Below are positions 46,708-56,509 of a stretch of DNA of 64,000 nt, one piece after another. A program made the position numbers and the translations under genes. Positions within the stretch are counted from its first letter, which is position 1. Each line of letters starts with the position of its first letter. This DNA comes from Candidatus Kapaibacterium sp. GTDB lineage: Bacteria; Bacteroidota; Ignavibacteria; Kapaibacteriales; UBA2268. Below the pieces are notes generated by a model, which ran no database searches, was not told the origin of the DNA, and saw nothing but the letters and a program-made list of their open reading frames with translations. The DNA is taken from contig OY762428.1 of the NCBI GenBank assembly GCA_963665665.1, forward strand, positions 224,001 to 288,000, written 5' to 3'.

Positions 46708-47292
46708 CTACTTTTTAAACAGGCTGCGGTTTTGCCTGAAATACTCTATTAAGGTCCAGACTGTAAATATTGTAATTCCAAGCATAACCCACCAGGCAAC
46801 CTGCCGAATTAAAATATCATTATTCAGATGGGATGACTCGGAAATAAGCCCTGAATTTCTCATATAAATATAGATAAGTAATAAGGCAATATAAACCATC
46901 TGGATGAATGTTTTCAGCTTGGCTGAAAAAGATGTTTTCATATCCTTACCTGCGTTGTCTGCGTAAACCCTTAAAAAAGTAGTTCCGAAATCACGGATAA
47001 GTATAACAACAACCATCCAAACCGGAATATAATCCAGGATAATGAAAACAATAAATGCAGCTGTAGTAAGGAATTTGTCGGCCAGGGGATCAACGAATTT
47101 CCCGAGTTTCGAAACAGATTCAAAACGCCGTGCTATCCAGCCATCGATATAATCAGTAAAAGCTCCGAAAAAGTAGAGGAAAATTCCAAGCTTAACATAT
47201 TCAGGATTATCTGATATAGCAAGAAAAAGGAAAATCGGGGCTATGACAATCCTGAGCATACTAATTATATTGGGAAGAGTAAACTCCATCAC
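46708..47292 (-). CDS. pgsA: CDP-diacylglycerol--glycerol-3-phosphate 3-phosphatidyltransferase
   Basis: LPNIIS..R, TDYIDGWIARR...LGKFVDPLADK CDP-alcohol motif. Confidence 0.92.
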   Translation of the reverse strand: MMEFTLPNIISMLRIVIAPIFLFLAISDNPEYVKLGIFLYFFGAFTDYIDGWIARRFESVSKLGKFVDPLADKFLTTAAFIVFIILDYIPVWMVVVILIRDFGTTFLRVYADNAGKDMKTSFSAKLKTFIQMVYIALLLIYIYMRNSGLISESSHLNNDILIRQVAWWVMLGITIFTVWTLIEYFRQNRSLFKK

Positions 47293-48056
47293 GATAAAAT
47301 ATCTTCGGCAATCTCAATCAATTTTATAAAAGAGTCTGCTTTCAGCGAGGCACCACCAATCAGGCCTCCATTGACATCTTCAATAGCAAGCAGTTCAGCT
47401 GCATTATCCGGCTTCATACTCCCACCGTATAAAATCAGAACTTCTTTTGCTTTATTTGGGAATAATTCTTTCAGGAAGGCTCTTATTTTTCTGTGGGCTT
47501 CATCAACCTGGTCATTTGTTGCAGCCTCGCCCGTACCGATTGCCCATACCGGTTCGTAAGCAATAATAATATTTTCAGATATGCTCTCATCAACACCGGC
47601 CAAACCTTCTTTTAATTGATTTTCAAGAACTTCGAATGTTTTCCGGTTTTTCCTCTCTTCCAAGGTTTCGCCAATACAAAGAATTGCTTTCAGTCCCTCT
47701 GCAAGAACAGCTTTTAGTTTTTTATTTAGCAGATTATTGTTTTCACCGAAATAAGCCCGCCTCTCGGAATGGCCAATGATAACATATTCAGCACCGGTAG
47801 CTTTTATCATGCACGGGGCTATTTCACCGGTATAAGCACCTTTATTTTCAAAATAGCAGTTCTGTGCACCAACTTTTACATCTGAATCTATTACTGAATT
47901 CAGCACGGGCACAATGTTAATAGCAGGCGGACATACAAGAACGCCGCACTTCAGATCTTTTTTGAAGGCAAAATCCTTTATATCTTCTCCAAGTGAAACT
48001 GATTCTGAAATATCCAGGTTCATTTTCCAGTTTCCGGCTATCAATATCTTTTTCAT
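47289..48056 (-). CDS. tpiA: Triosephosphate isomerase
   Basis: IAGNWKMN, GHSERR, AYEPVWAIGTG, LYGGS, LIGGASL; start set at ATG 48056. Confidence 0.97.
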   Translation of the reverse strand: MKKILIAGNWKMNLDISESVSLGEDIKDFAFKKDLKCGVLVCPPAINIVPVLNSVIDSDVKVGAQNCYFENKGAYTGEIAPCMIKATGAEYVIIGHSERRAYFGENNNLLNKKLKAVLAEGLKAILCIGETLEERKNRKTFEVLENQLKEGLAGVDESISENIIIAYEPVWAIGTGEAATNDQVDEAHRKIRAFLKELFPNKAKEVLILYGGSMKPDNAAELLAIEDVNGGLIGGASLKADSFIKLIEIAEDILS

Positions 48057-48121
48057 CGAAAAACTCAAAATTAGTAACACAACTGAAAGCAAATTAATAA
48101 TATTGCCCGAGAAAAAAATAA

Positions 48122-48679
48122 TTATTTTAATGACTGAATCGACATCACTTTCATAACTTTATAATTGTCCAGACTTTGGTCTGATTCAAATCCCATACCT
48201 TCAATATACTGCTTTGGGGAAGTGATCTTTACAAACTCGGTAGAAAAAAGTTTTCTCTCCTTATTACTCCATTGGAGCACATCTGTTTCCAGCTTTGTCT
48301 CGCTGCTGTCGGAAATAACAATAACATTTCCCATGGCGAGCATATCTTTTGTCCTGTCGTCAATTCTGGCGCTATCGGCAGTCAGGTAGCTAACCCTCTC
48401 CCCTGTTTCCTTTGAAAAAAAATCAACACGAAGGTTACCATCAAGTATTGTTTCCATTCTTGCCTGATACACTCTTGCTTCGTCAGCTTTTAGTATAGCT
48501 TTTGTAAATGATGAGTCAACAAAAACGACCTCGGGATTGAAGGAAACCTGATCCGGAGTTTCTGTTTTAACATTCGTGGATTTCAATTTCGGACTGTGAT
48601 TCTCTTCATCGGCACAGGAAAACATGAATAATAAAAAGAACACAATCACTGGGAAAATATATTTTGCGTTAAATATCAT
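48122..48679 (-). CDS. lptC: LPS export protein LptC-like lipoprotein
   Basis: Lipobox MFSC; beta-jellyroll pattern (L.ADSA, GNV, L.T..L.W, G.GFESD); downstream of kdsA. Confidence 0.8.
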   Translation of the reverse strand: MIFNAKYIFPVIVFFLLFMFSCADEENHSPKLKSTNVKTETPDQVSFNPEVVFVDSSFTKAILKADEARVYQARMETILDGNLRVDFFSKETGERVSYLTADSARIDDRTKDMLAMGNVIVISDSSETKLETDVLQWSNKERKLFSTEFVKITSPKQYIEGMGFESDQSLDNYKVMKVMSIQSLK

Positions 48680-49485
48680 TTTTCACTAACACTTACAATT
48701 CTTAAAATATCTTTCAGAAAGTCTTCGGCTTTACTTAATTCCAATTGTGTTGCAGCATCGCTCAATGCCTTTGCCGGTTCAGGATGAGTTTCGAAAAACA
48801 TTCCATTAATTCCGACTGCCGCGGCCGCCCTTGCCAGAGCAGGTATAAATTCAGGAGTTCCCCCCGATTGATCACCGACAGAGGGTTGCTGAACCGAATG
48901 AGTTGCATCATAAACAACGGGGTAGCCAAATTGCTTCATGATAATAAGCGACCTGAAATCCACAACCAAATTGTGATAGCCAAAACTTGTACCTCGCTCT
49001 GTTAGCAATATGTTGTTGTTTCCTGTTGAAGCAACTTTCTCTGCAGCTTTGGCCATATCTTCAGGAGCCATGAACTGAGCCTTCTTTATATTCACGGGTA
49101 ATCCGGTTTCTCCGGCTGCTACAAGAAGTTCTGTCTGTCGTGCAAGAAAAGCAGGTATCTGTAGATAATCCACGTATGAAGCAGCAATATGAGCTTCGGC
49201 TGTACTATGCACATCGGTTATTACCGGCAACCCGAATTTTTCCCTTACCGAGGCCAGCCATCCAAGGGCTTTTTCATCACCGGCACCGGTAAATGAGTTG
49301 ATACTTGTTCTGTTCGCTTTCTTGTAGGAAGCCTTGAAAATCAATTTGATACCCAGTTTATCGCAAGACTCCTTGAGTGAAGCAGCAATATCGTGCAGCA
49401 TTTCTTTTGATTCAGCAACACATGGGCCTGAGATAACGAAAAACTGTTCGTCCTTCATGGATCTTTCCGAATTGTTTATCAACAT
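48676..49485 (-). CDS. kdsA: KDO 8-phosphate synthase
   Basis: GPCVAES, KASYKKANRTS, QIPAFLARQT, ERGTSFGY, DATHSVQQP, ETHP.P..ALSD. Confidence 0.96.
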   Translation of the reverse strand: MLINNSERSMKDEQFFVISGPCVAESKEMLHDIAASLKESCDKLGIKLIFKASYKKANRTSINSFTGAGDEKALGWLASVREKFGLPVITDVHSTAEAHIAASYVDYLQIPAFLARQTELLVAAGETGLPVNIKKAQFMAPEDMAKAAEKVASTGNNNILLTERGTSFGYHNLVVDFRSLIIMKQFGYPVVYDATHSVQQPSVGDQSGGTPEFIPALARAAAAVGINGMFFETHPEPAKALSDAATQLELSKAEDFLKDILRIVSVSEK

Positions 49486-49667
49486 AGTTAAAATCAGCTT
49501 TGGATTTTCAGATGATTTTTGTAATATTAAAAGCTGAAAATTTTAATATCTCAGATTATGTTTGAAAATCTTTTACCGACAACTTTGAATATACAAAATG
49601 TTGTGCTAAGCTAAAAACATTTTAAATACGTATGGGTATTTCTGAGATAGTATTTGGGAACAATGAA

Positions 49668-50417
49668 ATGAAGAAAATGAAAATAGACGCGTATCTTACC
49701 CCTCTATTCCCCGAGAAGAATAACCTTTTCGAAGGTTCGGTTGTTATTATGATAGATGTTCTCAGGGCAAGTACAACAATATGTGCTGCTCTTGAAAATG
49801 ATGCTAAAGAAGTAATTCCATGTGAGTCGCTTGATAAGGCAGTTAGTATTTACAGCAGCTTGGACAGGAATGTCCGCTTTCTTGGAGGAGAAAGGAATTG
49901 TACCGCACCGAGCGGCTTTGATGCCGGAAATTCCCCGGACGAATACACAAGGGAAAAAGTAGAAGGGAAAACTGTTATCCTGACAACGAGTAACGGAACA
50001 AGGATATTTACCAAAGCCCGCGAGGCAGCACACAGGTTTATTGGATCATTTGTTAATATTGACATATTGAGCAATCATATCAGGAAAATTTTTTCGGAAG
50101 AAAACGAATTTCAAAACATTGTTATAATGTGCGCGGGTACAAATAACAGGCTTGCCTATGAAGACGTTCTCTGTGGTGGAGCATTTGTCAGTATGATACA
50201 GGCGAATTTCCCGGAGGCAGCACTCACGGATACTGCAGATGCAGCGAAAAATCTATTCAGGCTCCATTCTTCCGATATGGTAAAATTCCTGAAAGAAAGA
50301 GAACACGCCTCTGCCCTGATTGAAATGGGGTTTGAAAAAGATGTTGAAACGGCCTTATCCTTTAACAGCTATCCTGTTCTGCCATTTGTTGATGGCAGCA
50401 GTATAAAAAAATTGTAG
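49668..50417 (+). CDS. comB: 2-phosphosulfolactate phosphatase family protein
   Basis: IDVLRASTTI, LGGER, GFDAGNSP, TTSNGT, CAG...EDVLCGG; start approximate. Confidence 0.9.
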   Translation: MKKMKIDAYLTPLFPEKNNLFEGSVVIMIDVLRASTTICAALENDAKEVIPCESLDKAVSIYSSLDRNVRFLGGERNCTAPSGFDAGNSPDEYTREKVEGKTVILTTSNGTRIFTKAREAAHRFIGSFVNIDILSNHIRKIFSEENEFQNIVIMCAGTNNRLAYEDVLCGGAFVSMIQANFPEAALTDTADAAKNLFRLHSSDMVKFLKEREHASALIEMGFEKDVETALSFNSYPVLPFVDGSSIKKL

Positions 50418-50485
50418 GATTTAGGCTTAATTATTATTATCTTTAAGCGTTTAAATGCAGCATAATTAAACAAGGGGGACTAACA

Positions 50486-53400
50486 ATGAGCGCGCATGAT
50501 GATAACATCGTCATCCGCAGGCAGGGAAAAAAGAAGCAGCATAGTTCAAAAAAAACATCCAAACCGGAAGGGGCTTTCAATGTTCCGGCAAAATTTACAA
50601 AACATGCCAGGGTTTTTGGTGTTTTGCTTTTTTTATTTTCGGCACTGCTTTTACTTGCATTAGTATCATACACAAGCAAAGATCAGGCTAACGCTTCAAT
50701 TAGTTTTTTTGATCTTTTCGGTATTATTACAGGAAACGAAGACATTATTGCCAGGGCGGAAACCACCAGGAACTGGCTTGGATTGACCGGGGCCGTGATG
50801 GCGGACTGGTTTATTAACCAGACTATTGGATTTTTTATTATTCTTCTGCCATTTTTCATCGGCTGGTTTGCAAAGGAAATTTTCTTTAATCTGTTAGTAA
50901 AAGAAAAAACCTTAAAAAGATTTGTTGTATACCTGATAATTGCCACATTCGCAGCATCACTTATCGGGGCCTTGCAGCAACTATCCTGGATGCCACTTAC
51001 AGGCACAGAGTGGAGCGGCTCAATCGGGCGTTTCCTTGCAGAAATTCTGGCCTCTCTAATCAGTTCAGCCGGCGCAATACTTGTATTTTTAGCCCTTATA
51101 ATTGTAACAGTTATCCTTGGTACTGATATAAATATCGACAGGTTTACCACCCCGGCGGATAATTATATAAACCAACTGAAATTGAAATTTTTAAATTTCA
51201 TTGATAATATCAGGAATAAGTCACAAAAAAATAAAAAAGAAAAAGTTGTTGATAACGATCCGAAAAATTCAAGTACGGCTCCCCCGCCGATTAAGCCTCA
51301 GGAATCCGCAAAGTCTGATGATAATGTCAGGATAATTAATACTTCTGATAATAAAGAAAAAAATATCAGGAAAACTCCTTCAGGCCCGAGAATAATCAAC
51401 CTTAAAAAGGATAGGACAGACTCTGATATTTCGGAAGATGAGGGATCAGCACTTGATATTTTAAGGCCGGGAAAGAAACAAGCAGCAAAACCTGCAATTA
51501 ATAAAACGTCAAGGCAGGAAATAGTCTATGCCGAACCAGACCCTGAAATAAGAACTGTCCGATCCAATAAGGAAATCGATGAGTTAGAAGAAGAACCTAT
51601 TGATGAAAATACTATTGAAGACATAACACATAGTGAAACTGATCAGGACATACGTGATACCGAAAGATTCAAGAAAGTTGTAAATATTAAACCCAGGCAA
51701 ATAACTGCTGATGATCTGAAAAATAATGAAATTCAAACTCCAACTGAAAATGTATCTGATTATAATAATGATGATAATTCATTAGAAATCCTAACCGAAT
51801 CGAATTCTTCGGAAAATGACTTTGATATAAGTAATGATAGCCAAGAAATTTCTTTCCGCGCAGGGAGTGATTATAGTGAACTCACAAGTGAGCAAGTTGA
51901 TGAATTTGATTCTATTGATGAATTTTCTGTTTCCATCGACGACCTGAAAAACCAGAACGAAATTTCTGAGGAGCCAAAGCTTCAAGATCAATCGGTTCCG
52001 AAAACAAATCCTAAATCAGGATCAAATATTTCAAGCGAAACAAATAAACCTCTTGTTGTTACTGTGCATGAAACAAAAGAAGAAGAAAATGACCAATTAT
52101 TGAAGAAACATTTCCTAAGCACAGAAATTCATGATGAGTCGATTTCATATCGCTTCCCGGACAACTCTCTGCTGAAAGAACAGACTTCTACCGGTGAAGT
52201 TGATGACCAGGAGTTAAAGGACAATGCAAGGATTCTTCAGGAAAAGCTGGAAACGTTCAAAATTTACATAGAAAATCTGGGAGTAACCCCCGGCCCTGTT
52301 GTTACGCAATATAGTTTTGTTCCGGCGGCAGGAATAAAGATCAGTAAAATCGAAAACCTGTCTGACGATCTTGCCATGGCTCTCAAAGCCCGTGGTATAA
52401 GGATAATTGCTCCAATCCCCGGAAAGGGAACTGTTGGGATTGAAATACCAAATCAAAACCCGCAGATAGTACGGTTCAGCAATGTAATTAATTCAAATAA
52501 ATTCCATGACAATAACTATGCCTTACCGATAGCTCTTGGAAAAACTATTTCCGGCGAAACTGCGGTTGCTGACCTTAGCAAGATGCCCCATCTTTTAATT
52601 GCCGGCTCGACAGGTTCCGGTAAATCGGTTGGTATTAATACAATAATTTGTTCCTTATTATATAAAAAGCATCCGAGTACATTAAAATTTGTTATTGTAG
52701 ATCCTAAGAAAGTTGAACTTCAGCAATACAACGGATTGGTAAGGCACTTTCTTGCTGTTTCACCAGATATTAATTCAACTATTATAACCGATCCGAAAGA
52801 AGCTGTTATCGGCCTGAAAGCCGTGGTAGCTGAAATGGAAAAAAGATATGACCTGCTTGCATCGGTGGGACAGCGAAATATCAAAGACTATAATAAAAAA
52901 GTTAAATCAGGTAAACTTAAAAATGATCCAAACTTTGAGCACAGGCCAATGCCATTCATCGTAGTTGTGATAGACGAACTTGCAGACCTTATGCTTACTG
53001 CATCAAAAGATGTTGAAGAACCTATAACAAGACTGGCACAAATGGCGAGGGCTGTTGGTATACATCTGATTATCGCTACACAAAGGCCGTCAGTTGATGT
53101 TATTACGGGTATAATCAAAGCAAATTTCCCGGCAAGGATGGCATATCTGGTTGCATCGAGGATTGATTCCAGAACAATTCTGGATATGCAGGGAGCAGAA
53201 CAATTGCTCGGAAACGGCGACATGCTGTTTCTGCCTAACGGAACACCCAAACCAATTCGCGTTCAGAATTCATTTATATCAACAGAGGAAGTTGACAATA
53301 TTTGCGAATATATCGAAGCACAGAAAGGATATACAATGCCCTACCAGTTGCCTTCATTAAATGAGAAAGATAGCGATAGCGGCGGATTTGACGACGCGTC

Positions 53401-53617
53401 CAGCCGGGACCCCTTATTTGAAGAAGCAGCCAGGCTGGTAATCAGGCATCAGCAGGGCTCGGTTTCAATAATACAAAGAAGGCTGAAAGTAGGCTATGCC
53501 AGAGCCGGAAGGATAGTTGACGAACTTGAGGCAGCTGGAATTGTCGGGCCTTATGACGGCTCGAAAGCAAGGCAGGTTTATATGGAAAGTGAAATGGAAC
53601 TTGAAGCTGTTTTGTAA
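50486..53617 (+). CDS. ftsK: DNA translocase FtsK
   Basis: 4-TM N-domain, long acidic linker, PHLLIAGSTGSGKS, VIDELADLM, ATQRPSVDV, gamma domain GYARAGRIVD. Confidence 0.96.
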   Translation: MSAHDDNIVIRRQGKKKQHSSKKTSKPEGAFNVPAKFTKHARVFGVLLFLFSALLLLALVSYTSKDQANASISFFDLFGIITGNEDIIARAETTRNWLGLTGAVMADWFINQTIGFFIILLPFFIGWFAKEIFFNLLVKEKTLKRFVVYLIIATFAASLIGALQQLSWMPLTGTEWSGSIGRFLAEILASLISSAGAILVFLALIIVTVILGTDINIDRFTTPADNYINQLKLKFLNFIDNIRNKSQKNKKEKVVDNDPKNSSTAPPPIKPQESAKSDDNVRIINTSDNKEKNIRKTPSGPRIINLKKDRTDSDISEDEGSALDILRPGKKQAAKPAINKTSRQEIVYAEPDPEIRTVRSNKEIDELEEEPIDENTIEDITHSETDQDIRDTERFKKVVNIKPRQITADDLKNNEIQTPTENVSDYNNDDNSLEILTESNSSENDFDISNDSQEISFRAGSDYSELTSEQVDEFDSIDEFSVSIDDLKNQNEISEEPKLQDQSVPKTNPKSGSNISSETNKPLVVTVHETKEEENDQLLKKHFLSTEIHDESISYRFPDNSLLKEQTSTGEVDDQELKDNARILQEKLETFKIYIENLGVTPGPVVTQYSFVPAAGIKISKIENLSDDLAMALKARGIRIIAPIPGKGTVGIEIPNQNPQIVRFSNVINSNKFHDNNYALPIALGKTISGETAVADLSKMPHLLIAGSTGSGKSVGINTIICSLLYKKHPSTLKFVIVDPKKVELQQYNGLVRHFLAVSPDINSTIITDPKEAVIGLKAVVAEMEKRYDLLASVGQRNIKDYNKKVKSGKLKNDPNFEHRPMPFIVVVIDELADLMLTASKDVEEPITRLAQMARAVGIHLIIATQRPSVDVITGIIKANFPARMAYLVASRIDSRTILDMQGAEQLLGNGDMLFLPNGTPKPIRVQNSFISTEEVDNICEYIEAQKGYTMPYQLPSLNEKDSDSGGFDDASSRDPLFEEAARLVIRHQQGSVSIIQRRLKVGYARAGRIVDELEAAGIVGPYDGSKARQVYMESEMELEAVL

Positions 53618-53748
53618 AGAAATTGTTAATTTTCTAATTATTAAAAAAAAAATCAAATTTATATTGTAATAATTCGTATTTTGTAATCGTTTATAGGCCC
53701 GGACAATTTTTACTAAACCGGGTGGTTTTATTTCTTTTTGGAGTTACT

Positions 53749-54045
53749 ATGAATTTATATGTTGGAAACCTCTCATGGGGCGTTACTGAAGACGATGTCA
53801 GGGTATTGTTTGAAAACTACGGTACAGTAGATTCCTGTAAACTTATCATTGACCGTGAAACTGGCAGATCACGCGGGTTCGCTTTTGTTGAAATGAATGA
53901 TGAAGATGGCAAAAAAGCCTTGGAAGAGTTAGATCAGTCTGATTTCAACGGCAGAGCACTTAAAGTGAACGAAGCCAGAAGAAGAGACGACAGAGGAGGC
54001 ATGGGTGGTGGAAGAAGGTCTAATGACTTCAGGCCAAGGAATTAA
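53749..54045 (+). CDS. RRM-domain RNA-binding protein with Gly/Arg tail
   Basis: LYVGNL (RNP2), RGFAFVEM (RNP1), LKVNEA; GGAG RBS before ATG 53749. Confidence 0.93.
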   Translation: MNLYVGNLSWGVTEDDVRVLFENYGTVDSCKLIIDRETGRSRGFAFVEMNDEDGKKALEELDQSDFNGRALKVNEARRRDDRGGMGGGRRSNDFRPRN

Positions 54046-54101
54046 TTTCTTCAAAGTTGCTAACAATTTCTCTTTACAATAGATAAATAAAAACATTGAA
54101 G

Positions 54102-54133
54102 AATAAACGCCGGTCACGGCGTTTATTTTTTTT
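54102..54133. terminator. Bidirectional terminator between the RRM and MFS genes
   Basis: AATAAACGCCG-GTCA-CGGCGTTTATTTTTTTT perfect 11-bp stem. Confidence 0.75.
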
Positions 54134-55403
54134 GTATCCTTAACTTCAAAAGAATGATCAGTCCAAGAACAAAAAATACTATAAGGGACAATATTGCAAT
54201 TCTATAAGAATGTGTAAGCTGCAAAGCTAACCCAAATAACAAAGGCCCCAGCCAGCTTGTACCTCGTTCGGATATTTCGTAAATACTAAAATATGATGCT
54301 TCCTTTCCCGGTGGTATCAGCTTGGAATACATCGAACGGCTAAGTGCCTGTGTACCACCCATTACAACAGCAATACATGCCCCAAGAATGAAGAATCCAA
54401 TCTCGGAATACAGGAATGCATAAGCATAAATAATCACTACTATCCAGATAAACAATCCGATTACAATAGCTCTCAGGGTTCCTAATCTTGAAGCTAACAG
54501 ATTGAAAAGCAAAGCCCCACCGAAAGCAACAAACTGAACCATCAGAATCACCTGTGTCAGTACATCAATACCAAGACCAAGCTCCTTGTTTCCAAATTGG
54601 GATGAAACAACTATAACAGTTTGAACACCATCATTATAAAGCAGATAAGCAATAAGGAATGTAAGTGTTTTTGGATGGTTAGCAGCGTCCTTCAAAGTTA
54701 GGATAAAATCGCTTATACCCTTTTTAAAATGGTTAATAGATTTTTTAGTTCGAATTATTTCATCTCTTCGGATAGTCAGCATTGGAATAACTGTAAACAC
54801 GGCCCACCAGGCCCCAGCCGAGCAAAGGCTAATACGGATTGCAGTTCCGGTTTCAATACCAAAACTGTCGGCCCCTGAAAACAGAACTAAATTAACGGCC
54901 AGAACAATCCCGCCTCCGAGATAGCCCAAAGCCCATCCAACCGAGGATACTGTGTCTCTTTCTTCTTCGGGGGAAATATCATTTAAAATTGAATTATAAA
55001 TAACAACTGAAGCCCCAAAACTCAGGTTGGCAATGATAAAAAGGAGTCCGCCAAGATAATACAGATCGTCCTGTAAAAAGTACAGGCCCATAGTAGAAAA
55101 AGAACCGATATAAGCAAAAATTCCAAGAAGAGATTTTTTTCTTCCGGAATTATCGGCAACAGATCCAATATATGGCAAAAGGAAAATCTGTAAAAAAACA
55201 CTTGCTGAAACTATATAAGTAAAATACGAATGTGCATATACAGGTAATCCGATAAAATTTATATACCCGTCGGCATCTGCTGCACTCTCGGCAATACTTG
55301 TAAGGTAAGGCCCCAGAAAGACTGTAACTACAGTTGTATAAAAAGCAGAGTTTGCCCAGTCATAAAAATACCAGCCTATTCTTTCCTTTTTACTGGAAAT
55401 CAT
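54123..55403 (-). CDS. MFS transporter, UMF1/Atg22-like family
   Basis: WYFYDWANSAF, GWALGYLGG, YNDGVQT, GGTQALSRS; about 12 TMs. Confidence 0.9.
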   Translation of the reverse strand: MISSKKERIGWYFYDWANSAFYTTVVTVFLGPYLTSIAESAADADGYINFIGLPVYAHSYFTYIVSASVFLQIFLLPYIGSVADNSGRKKSLLGIFAYIGSFSTMGLYFLQDDLYYLGGLLFIIANLSFGASVVIYNSILNDISPEEERDTVSSVGWALGYLGGGIVLAVNLVLFSGADSFGIETGTAIRISLCSAGAWWAVFTVIPMLTIRRDEIIRTKKSINHFKKGISDFILTLKDAANHPKTLTFLIAYLLYNDGVQTVIVVSSQFGNKELGLGIDVLTQVILMVQFVAFGGALLFNLLASRLGTLRAIVIGLFIWIVVIIYAYAFLYSEIGFFILGACIAVVMGGTQALSRSMYSKLIPPGKEASYFSIYEISERGTSWLGPLLFGLALQLTHSYRIAILSLIVFFVLGLIILLKLRIQKK

Positions 55404-56509
55404 AATATATTACCGGCCGGGCTATTATTTATGGGTATATCAATAACAACATTTGTGTAATTGTCAGGAACGCTGTCAATTGAGAAACTACCGCCGTGAA
55501 GCTCAACTATTTTCTTCACGATTGCCAATCCTAATCCGCTGCCCTGCTGTTCGTAGATTTGTCTTTCAAACTGAATGTAAGCGCCAACTTTATCAACCTG
55601 TTTGGCTGCCATTCCCCTGCCGTAGTCAGTAAAGTTAAGCCTGTATTTATCTATTACAAGCTCCGACTCGATCAATATCGGAGATCCTTTCTTTGAGAAC
55701 TTCAAACAATTATCAACTACTTCTTCCATAATTTTTGTCAGATAGGTTTCAGACATAGCAATATTAGCGGATTCAAGATGAACCTGTAGATCATGCCTTC
55801 TGCCGGAATTACCAACAATATAATTCACCATATCGCTTATATACATATCCACTGAAATAGTAACGGCTTCTTTCAATTTCTCGATTTCTCTTTCATTCGA
55901 GGAAATAGTTTCCAACTTAGCATAAAAAAGATGGTTCTCGAATAGCCTGTTAAGCCTTCTGCCTGATTCATAAATATTTTTCAGCATTTCCTTTGATTCT
56001 TCGGGGTCACTGCTGTCAATTGTTTTTATCAGATGATCTGAATATCCAAGAATAATCCCAAGCGGAGTTCTTATTTCATGCGGCAGAGACCTGCTGATCC
56101 TGGTTGAAAGTTCTTCAAATTTCTTAAGATACCTTGTTTCGCTAACTTCACTTTTTTTAATCCTCGTTCTTACGGCTTCAAGCAGTTCGTCGATATCATA
56201 AGGCTTGGTTATAAAATCATCAGCCCCGAGATTCATCCCCTCACGAATATCTGATTTTGCCGAAAGAAAAAGGAAAGGAATAACAGCAAGCTCCTGATTT
56301 TTTTGGAGTTCTGTCAGGAACTGATATCCGTCCATTTCAGGCATCATAATATCGGATATTATAAGGTCCGGCTTGTGTTTAACTGCTTTTTCAAGTCCGG
56401 TAATACCATTATCAGCACCAATGGCATCATAATCGCTGAGCTTCAGGGTCATAACCAGGTCTCGCCTGATTTCACTTTCATCTTCAACAACAAGTATTAC
56501 TTTTCTCAT
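55400..56509 (-). CDS. Receiver-histidine kinase hybrid (REC-HisKA-HATPase)
   Basis: VVEDE, ISDIMMP, ITKP receiver; PHEIRTPL H-box; DYGRG and GSGLGL. Confidence 0.92.
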   Translation of the reverse strand: MRKVILVVEDESEIRRDLVMTLKLSDYDAIGADNGITGLEKAVKHKPDLIISDIMMPEMDGYQFLTELQKNQELAVIPFLFLSAKSDIREGMNLGADDFITKPYDIDELLEAVRTRIKKSEVSETRYLKKFEELSTRISRSLPHEIRTPLGIILGYSDHLIKTIDSSDPEESKEMLKNIYESGRRLNRLFENHLFYAKLETISSNEREIEKLKEAVTISVDMYISDMVNYIVGNSGRRHDLQVHLESANIAMSETYLTKIMEEVVDNCLKFSKKGSPILIESELVIDKYRLNFTDYGRGMAAKQVDKVGAYIQFERQIYEQQGSGLGLAIVKKIVELHGGSFSIDSVPDNYTNVVIDIPINNSPAGNIL

